The notes beneath the pieces were generated by a model. That model had not been told where the DNA came from and made no database searches. It worked only from the letters and a program-made list of their open reading frames with translations. From contig JAJZIL010000001.1 in assembly GCA_021810605.1 (NCBI GenBank), positions 604 to 64,603 of the forward strand: 64,000 nucleotides of DNA, given 5' to 3'. Origin of the DNA: a bacterium (lineage in GTDB: Bacteria > Patescibacteriota > Dojkabacteria > JAKAPS01 > JAJZLI01). Of the stretch, positions 59,104 to 64,000 are shown in pieces. The first letter of the stretch is position 1. Each line of letters begins with the position of its first letter. The position numbers and the translations under genes were made by a program.

Positions 59104-62100
59104 TTATTCTCCTAAATATTCCCCTTTATACAAAGTCTCACCTTTGTACAGATATGGATTTGTTGTATTTATTTTTAATATACCAGAAGAAGTTTTTACA
59201 AAAATAGTATCAGCAGTAATACTTCCTGGATTATTTTCTATATTTATAATTTTACCAGAAGTATTTAGAAAAGATGAGGCAGGAGTTGAATTATGATTTA
59301 CTGTATTTGATGTATTATTATTATTTCCTCCAGAAGTTGTTCCTCCTCCTATCAGTGAAGCCATTAACCCCCAACCCAGAACCATTATAAATATTGTACG
59401 TAGAAAATCATCTATATCAAATTCTGTTTTAAATAAAAGAGCTAGTATTCCTATTAGTATATCGAACCCTAAAGATGCAACAGCTGCAGCTTGTCCGAAC
59501 CAACTTCCTATTGTACTTACTACTTTTTTGAAAAAATCTCCTACATAAAAAAATATACCGTGTCCAAAAACTCCTTCTAAAAAGAAATTAATTCCAATGA
59601 CTCCAATTCCAACAACACCAAGACCTGCGAGGGTAGCAACATATCCTCCAACTCCAAAAATTCCAGCACCAAGAGCTCCGAAAACTCCAGCACCACTAAG
59701 AGCTGCTGCCAAACCTCCTGAAATCCCTACTGCAGAAGCTATACCAAAACCTGCAGTCAAAGCACTTCCTAAAAAGCCTCCTATTCCTCTTTGAAAAAAT
59801 AATCCTTTCCAAAAATCTAAAGTTGCTAACTGAGTATCAAAATATACAAGAAAAGCAGGATCAAATATTTTATCTCCAATAAAATTCATAAATCTTGCAG
59901 CTAATCCTTTAACTCCTTCAACTGCTGGATTTAAAAGACGATAGACCCCCCAAGCAGCCCCCACTCCAGCACCAAATAATATTCCAGGAATAGTACCAAA
60001 GAAATAACTAGCTACTAATCCTGCTACTAAACCTGGAGTAGCTCCACTATCAATAAATTTAGAGGTTTTAATTATAGTATCTTTAGACAGAATATTGCCA
60101 ACCACAGCAGTACTTGGATCCATTTTTGAAAGAATTGTCAAACCTGTTTTTAATCCAATATATCCAGCAGTAATTCCCATTAAAATAAGAGGATTTGTAA
60201 CACCCAAAAATACTGAAATTATAACTCCTCCAAAGACTCCAGAACTGAAGTTTTTAAACAAATCTTCTGTCGTTATATTAAACTTAGGATAAAGATTAAG
60301 ATTTATTGTTGTACTAATCTTTCCTAATGCACCTAATCCTGAATTTTTTAAAGCTATAAGAATAGGTTCTTTTAGCTCAATACCCACAATAGATTTTATA
60401 ATAGATTCTGAATCGAAAAGCCTTGCAAAAGCATCCTGGTCTTTCATCTCCATAAATAACTCTCTAAAAGATAAAGAATTATCAGCTCCTTTGAAAAGAT
60501 CTGGGAATACACTACCTACTGAAATATTTATATTTGTTAAAAATTTATAAAAATCAGAGCCCACAAATGAAACACCTAAATCAAAACCTCTAAATTCTTC
60601 CACACTTCCAAATTTTTCAACAAATTCTGGATATTTAAGATCTAAATTTAAACCATGCTCTGATAAAAATGTTCTTATATCAGTGTTTGAAAGACTATTA
60701 TATAGATCCATCTCTCCTCTAGAATTAAAAAAATCTAGTAATTTTCCTTTTAAAATTTCTGGATCTATAAAATTTTTTGCAAGAGGGTCTTTTAATATAT
60801 CTGATATTTTATAATATGAACTCATTTCTCTAGAAACCAATTTGGTTCCAAACTTAGATCCATCTCGAATATTTTGGAGAGATTTTTCAAATCTAGACAT
60901 TATTTCCTCATCTTGTGACCATCCAGCTAGATCTTTTATATCTTCTCTGTATATATTTTTCATCAAAGAATCAAATCTCTCTGAATTATCTAAATTTTCA
61001 TATATATTTTGGATATTAGAATCAGCTGATAATTTATCTATCAATTCTGGACTAAGATTTCTCCCAAAAGGATCTCTTAGTGACCTTAAGAAATCTTCTA
61101 GATTAGTAGCACTCATATTTATACTCTCTCCATAGAAATTGAAAGCATTAGAAGGATCATATCCTCTCAAAACTTCCTGATGTAACAAAGAAGAATCTTC
61201 TCTTATTGTTTTAAGTTCATCTACTATATATCTAGCATCTGGAATGAATATTTTTGGGTCATGAAAATATTCATAAATTCCTTTATCAGAATAGAATCTG
61301 TCTAACATATCACTTGTATATCCACTTTTATAAAATTCTCTATACAAAGATTCTTTTTCTAGTGCTTTTAGGAAATCTAATCTTTCGGAAGTAAGCCTAA
61401 GATCTCCTTCAAGAAGTGTTCTTTCAGCTAAAGGTTTAGAATCAATTATAAATCTTGATCCTCTTTTTCCTATATAAGTAACTATAGATGAAATTCCACC
61501 TGAAACTACAGCTCCTATAACTGCCCCTACTGGTCCTCCAAAAGCAAAACCTATTAAAGCAGCTCCTCCTGTAAAACCAACACCAATATGAACTACATCA
61601 TATGCAGTTATGCCTGATATATTGTGTAGAACTGTATCCTCAAATAAAGATGATTTAAAGAAATCTGCAACCCCTCCAGAAACCAAACCTGCACCTGCTA
61701 GACTTAAGAATAAAGGATTTCCTGTAAAAAGAGCTAGTCCTATACCTACTAGACTTCCAGCTCCTCCAAACTCAATAAGATATTCTGATTTAAATAAAAA
61801 AGAAGATCCTGAATCTAGTGCTGCAGAATAGCTACCTATAGTCCTACCTACAAAAGATAGATCTACTGCTTTCAAAGCAGAACCTACTCCAAATAATCCT
61901 ACTCCTACAGCCACAAGAGGAAGTCCAGTTACCCCAAAAAGTGCTGCTGCAATAGTACCTACAACTGCAGTTGTTACTCCAAAAGTTCCTGATTTAAAAA
62001 TAATCTCAGGAAGAGAAAGCGCTCTGTCTGTCATTGTTGAAGCTATTCTTTCAATAATATTTGAAACTAATGGATTTTGTACAGAAAAATAATTTGCAAA

Positions 62101-63669
62101 ATCTAGAGAAAACTTAGGGACAAAATATGCCAAACCAAAACCTACACCTAAAATTGGATTTGATAAAGTTAATCCAACAATAAGTCCTGGAACTAAGGCT
62201 TCTATTCCATCCTTTGCAATAAGTTTTGCTACTCCAAAACTAAATCTAAAACTATCTAATGAAGTTAGAACTCTCCCCATTAATCCTTCCCCAGTAACAT
62301 TTCTCAAAAGTGAAAATGTTAATTCTTGCCTTTCTCCAACATACTCTGCAAGCTTAAATATAGTTTTATCTATAAGGAATTCTGCTGCTAAAATAATTGC
62401 ACCTGGAAGAAGAGCTAGAAAATCTAAAAACTTTAAAACTCTTCTTTTCTTTATTTTAGGACGCCTTTTTGTAGGAGATATAGAACCTACTCCTCTTAAT
62501 CTTTTCGAAATTTTTGAATTATTTATTTTTCTTCTTAAAAAATCTATTCTTGTTATTCTTCCTGTTGAAGGATTTCCTTCTATATTTTCTAATCTTTCCT
62601 TAAAAGCAGTTTCAAAATTTTCTGAGAATTTTTTTCCTTCAGTATTAATAAAAGAATTTGATAACTCAGACCAAATATATCCAGACCTATATTGAGAATG
62701 AAGATTCTTTTTTTCTGGATATAAAAATTTATTTACCCGTCTATATTTTAAAAGAGATATAGAATCTGAAGAACGTACTCTTCCTATATTTTTTTCATTT
62801 ACAAGTTTATTTAAAAGAGATACATACGAATGAGTATTTTCTTTTGCAACCCTTTCTACTATAGGATTTCTTTCTTTTGCAATTTCTGCACTCCATTTAG
62901 AAACCTCTGAACTAGAAGTTGTTCTTGATACAACTAAAGTTTTTTCCCATTGAGACATAAGTTTCCAGGAAGAAGGAAGCGAAAATAATTTAGATTTTTT
63001 AATTTTTCTATGAGAATCATTATCTAAGACAAATTCTAAAAGATGATTAAATTTAAAGGTTTTATCATTAATTGGTGCAGCAGAAATATCAACCCCTTTT
63101 TGATCTTTTAATATCTGAATTCTACCTTCATCTGTCTTTATTGGATTAAGATTTTCATCCAATGCATACATATAACCTTTTGTATATAATGTTTCTATCT
63201 CTTTTTCTATTACAGAAAGCCAAAGATTTCCTCTCCCTGTTAAATCTCTTTGAAATCCATCTAATCCAAATACATATTTTTTACTAGATCTAAGTGCAAA
63301 TTGAGGATAAAAATTCTTTGCTATTGCAGGGACTAAAGCTTGAGCTAAAAGATATGCTTCTCTATCTTTGAAGTTCCTTTTGTAAATAGTTGATAGATGT
63401 TTTGAAAAATCTCTGTATAAATTTTCTGTAATTGTAAGTTGAATAAACTTTTTTGATTGAGAAACTTTTACTATTGGGGAAAGTTTATTTATTAATTCTT
63501 GAGGAATAGTTCTATTATCTATAGACCCAGAATTTCTATATTCGTCTAAATATGAAGATAGATTGATTCTAGATAAAGATATATCTCTAGCAAGATCAAT
63601 ATCTCTATAATAATTATCTGTATATAATAAATTTAATTTACTTCTTAAAGATTCTAAATCAGCATTCAT
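59104..63669 (-). CDS. giant (1521 aa) polytopic membrane protein with two clusters of glycine-zipper TM helices; VirB6/TrbL-like candidate
   Basis: About 430 aa soluble N-terminal region, about 10 Gly-rich TM helices (aa ~430-760), a ~300 aa soluble region, then about 10 more TM helices (aa ~1080-1420). C-terminal GGTTSGGNNNNTSNT low-complexity tail. Confidence 0.55.
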   Translation of the reverse strand: MNADLESLRSKLNLLYTDNYYRDIDLARDISLSRINLSSYLDEYRNSGSIDNRTIPQELINKLSPIVKVSQSKKFIQLTITENLYRDFSKHLSTIYKRNFKDREAYLLAQALVPAIAKNFYPQFALRSSKKYVFGLDGFQRDLTGRGNLWLSVIEKEIETLYTKGYMYALDENLNPIKTDEGRIQILKDQKGVDISAAPINDKTFKFNHLLEFVLDNDSHRKIKKSKLFSLPSSWKLMSQWEKTLVVSRTTSSSEVSKWSAEIAKERNPIVERVAKENTHSYVSLLNKLVNEKNIGRVRSSDSISLLKYRRVNKFLYPEKKNLHSQYRSGYIWSELSNSFINTEGKKFSENFETAFKERLENIEGNPSTGRITRIDFLRRKINNSKISKRLRGVGSISPTKRRPKIKKRRVLKFLDFLALLPGAIILAAEFLIDKTIFKLAEYVGERQELTFSLLRNVTGEGLMGRVLTSLDSFRFSFGVAKLIAKDGIEALVPGLIVGLTLSNPILGVGFGLAYFVPKFSLDFANYFSVQNPLVSNIIERIASTMTDRALSLPEIIFKSGTFGVTTAVVGTIAAALFGVTGLPLVAVGVGLFGVGSALKAVDLSFVGRTIGSYSAALDSGSSFLFKSEYLIEFGGAGSLVGIGLALFTGNPLFLSLAGAGLVSGGVADFFKSSLFEDTVLHNISGITAYDVVHIGVGFTGGAALIGFAFGGPVGAVIGAVVSGGISSIVTYIGKRGSRFIIDSKPLAERTLLEGDLRLTSERLDFLKALEKESLYREFYKSGYTSDMLDRFYSDKGIYEYFHDPKIFIPDARYIVDELKTIREDSSLLHQEVLRGYDPSNAFNFYGESINMSATNLEDFLRSLRDPFGRNLSPELIDKLSADSNIQNIYENLDNSERFDSLMKNIYREDIKDLAGWSQDEEIMSRFEKSLQNIRDGSKFGTKLVSREMSSYYKISDILKDPLAKNFIDPEILKGKLLDFFNSRGEMDLYNSLSNTDIRTFLSEHGLNLDLKYPEFVEKFGSVEEFRGFDLGVSFVGSDFYKFLTNINISVGSVFPDLFKGADNSLSFRELFMEMKDQDAFARLFDSESIIKSIVGIELKEPILIALKNSGLGALGKISTTINLNLYPKFNITTEDLFKNFSSGVFGGVIISVFLGVTNPLILMGITAGYIGLKTGLTILSKMDPSTAVVGNILSKDTIIKTSKFIDSGATPGLVAGLVASYFFGTIPGILFGAGVGAAWGVYRLLNPAVEGVKGLAARFMNFIGDKIFDPAFLVYFDTQLATLDFWKGLFFQRGIGGFLGSALTAGFGIASAVGISGGLAAALSGAGVFGALGAGIFGVGGYVATLAGLGVVGIGVIGINFFLEGVFGHGIFFYVGDFFKKVVSTIGSWFGQAAAVASLGFDILIGILALLFKTEFDIDDFLRTIFIMVLGWGLMASLIGGGTTSGGNNNNTSNTVNHNSTPASSFLNTSGKIINIENNPGSITADTIFVKTSSGILKINTTNPYLYKGETLYKGEYLGE

Positions 63670-63671
63670 AA

Positions 63672-64000
63672 TTAATCATACTCATAATTAAATAGATTTT
63701 CTACATAAGTTTTATTTGCAAAAAAATTATTAATATCATCTTCACAGAAAGTTCCATTTTGTATTATTTGAAACATACGAAAAACTAAACTATCTTCATC
63801 TGCATCAAGAAAAAAAGAGAATATACCATCTAATTGAATATATTTTCTTATCTTTGATAGAATTATTTCATTTTTTATATATTTAAATCCAGATAAACCT
63901 TTATATTTATCTAAATAACTATAATTCTCATCTTTTGTTATCTCTAATCTTAAGTCTAAATCAGTATATTTTTGTCTTGATATAAAAGATTCTTTTTCTA
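63672..64000 (-). CDS. 3' (C-terminal) fragment of a hypothetical protein whose start lies beyond the window end
   Basis: Hand translation of the minus strand gives an open 108-codon frame (...FRMFQIIQNGTFCEDDINNFFANKTYVENLFNYEYD-stop). The stop is 2 nt before the ATG of the 1521-aa gene. Confidence 0.4.
   Translation of the reverse strand, partial: EKESFISRQKYTDLDLRLEITKDENYSYLDKYKGLSGFKYIKNEIILSKIRKYIQLDGIFSFFLDADEDSLVFRMFQIIQNGTFCEDDINNFFANKTYVENLFNYEYD

Noticed and set aside
59597-59794. Proline/alanine-rich plus-strand ORF (MTPIPTTPRPARVATYPPTPKIPAPRAPKTPAP...)
   Set aside because: It is the antisense reading of the glycine-rich (GGx codon) TM region of the 1521-aa gene. Pro/Ala-richness is the expected mirror of Gly-rich coding on the opposite strand.
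1-64000. Possibility of an alternative genetic code (UGA recoding as in Gracilibacteria/Absconditabacteria or Mollicutes)
   Set aside because: Long conserved genes (groEL 553 aa, valS 733 aa, murJ, the helicase 910 aa, the 1521-aa ORF) are uninterrupted under the standard code and end at plausible positions. There is no sign of in-frame UGA read-through.
1-64000. CRISPR arrays, rRNA, tRNA, IS elements/transposases
   Set aside because: No regularly spaced direct repeats of CRISPR type are visible. There are no long non-coding conserved stretches. No transposase- or integrase-like ORFs such as DDE or tyrosine recombinase motifs appear in the six-frame track. Intergenic space is minimal.

Overview
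This is a very AT-rich window (roughly a quarter GC by eye, not computed), gene-dense, and clearly bacterial. It encodes GroES/GroEL with the GGM-repeat tail, MurJ, ValS and bL25. The long ORFs are uninterrupted under the standard code, so I see no UGA recoding. Shine-Dalgarno motifs are mostly absent upstream of starts. With the many small cysteine/S/T/N-rich secreted proteins, this fits a CPR/Patescibacteria-like or similarly reduced bacterium.

Content from start to end:
(i) 155-3004: five tandem paralogous small membrane proteins sharing a VirB2/TrbC-like two-helix pilin module.
(ii) 3052-5784: a UvrD-type helicase fused to a Cas4/RecB-like Fe-S nuclease.
(iii) 6088-9990: groESL and murJ.
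(iv) about 10.1-50.1 kb: a roughly 40 kb glycan-biosynthesis island. It holds at least 13 glycosyltransferases (GT2, GT4, dual-GT2, a methyltransferase-GT fusion, two polyprenyl-phosphate-sugar synthase-like GT2s, and a GT-C-like membrane enzyme with a decayed paralog fragment) plus a Wzm/Wzt ABC exporter.
(v) Three non-glycan insertions sit inside that island. The first is a tightly overlapping operon of a replication-relaxation-like wHTH protein, a nucleoside-2-deoxyribosyltransferase-like protein, a TM-anchored TraG/VirD4-like ATPase and an S51 peptidase. The second is a stand-alone HsdR-N-like PD-(D/E)xK protein. The third is a KAP-family P-loop NTPase next to a possibly split NYN/LabA nuclease.
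(vi) 37.9-44.1 kb: a secreted-protein block containing a GH18-like hydrolase and an S8 subtilase that share a C-terminal domain of six roughly 44-aa repeats (probably a beta-propeller).
(vii) 45159-46293: a split NOX/ferric-reductase-like pair, a 4-TM bis-His putative di-heme membrane protein plus an FNR-like flavoprotein.
(viii) 46395-46883: a repeat-rich FDQD protein behind a consensus TTGACA-N17-TATAAT promoter.
(ix) 51410-54311: valS with non-canonical HLGT/KQSKS motifs, and rplY.
(x) 54.4-63.7 kb: a block of secreted and multi-TM giant proteins (759 aa and 1521 aa) with two paralogous small anchored proteins and a putative SLT-like hydrolase. Together with the pilin array and the T4CP-like ATPase this may be a dispersed T4SS-like surface apparatus.

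I found no rRNA, tRNA or CRISPR.
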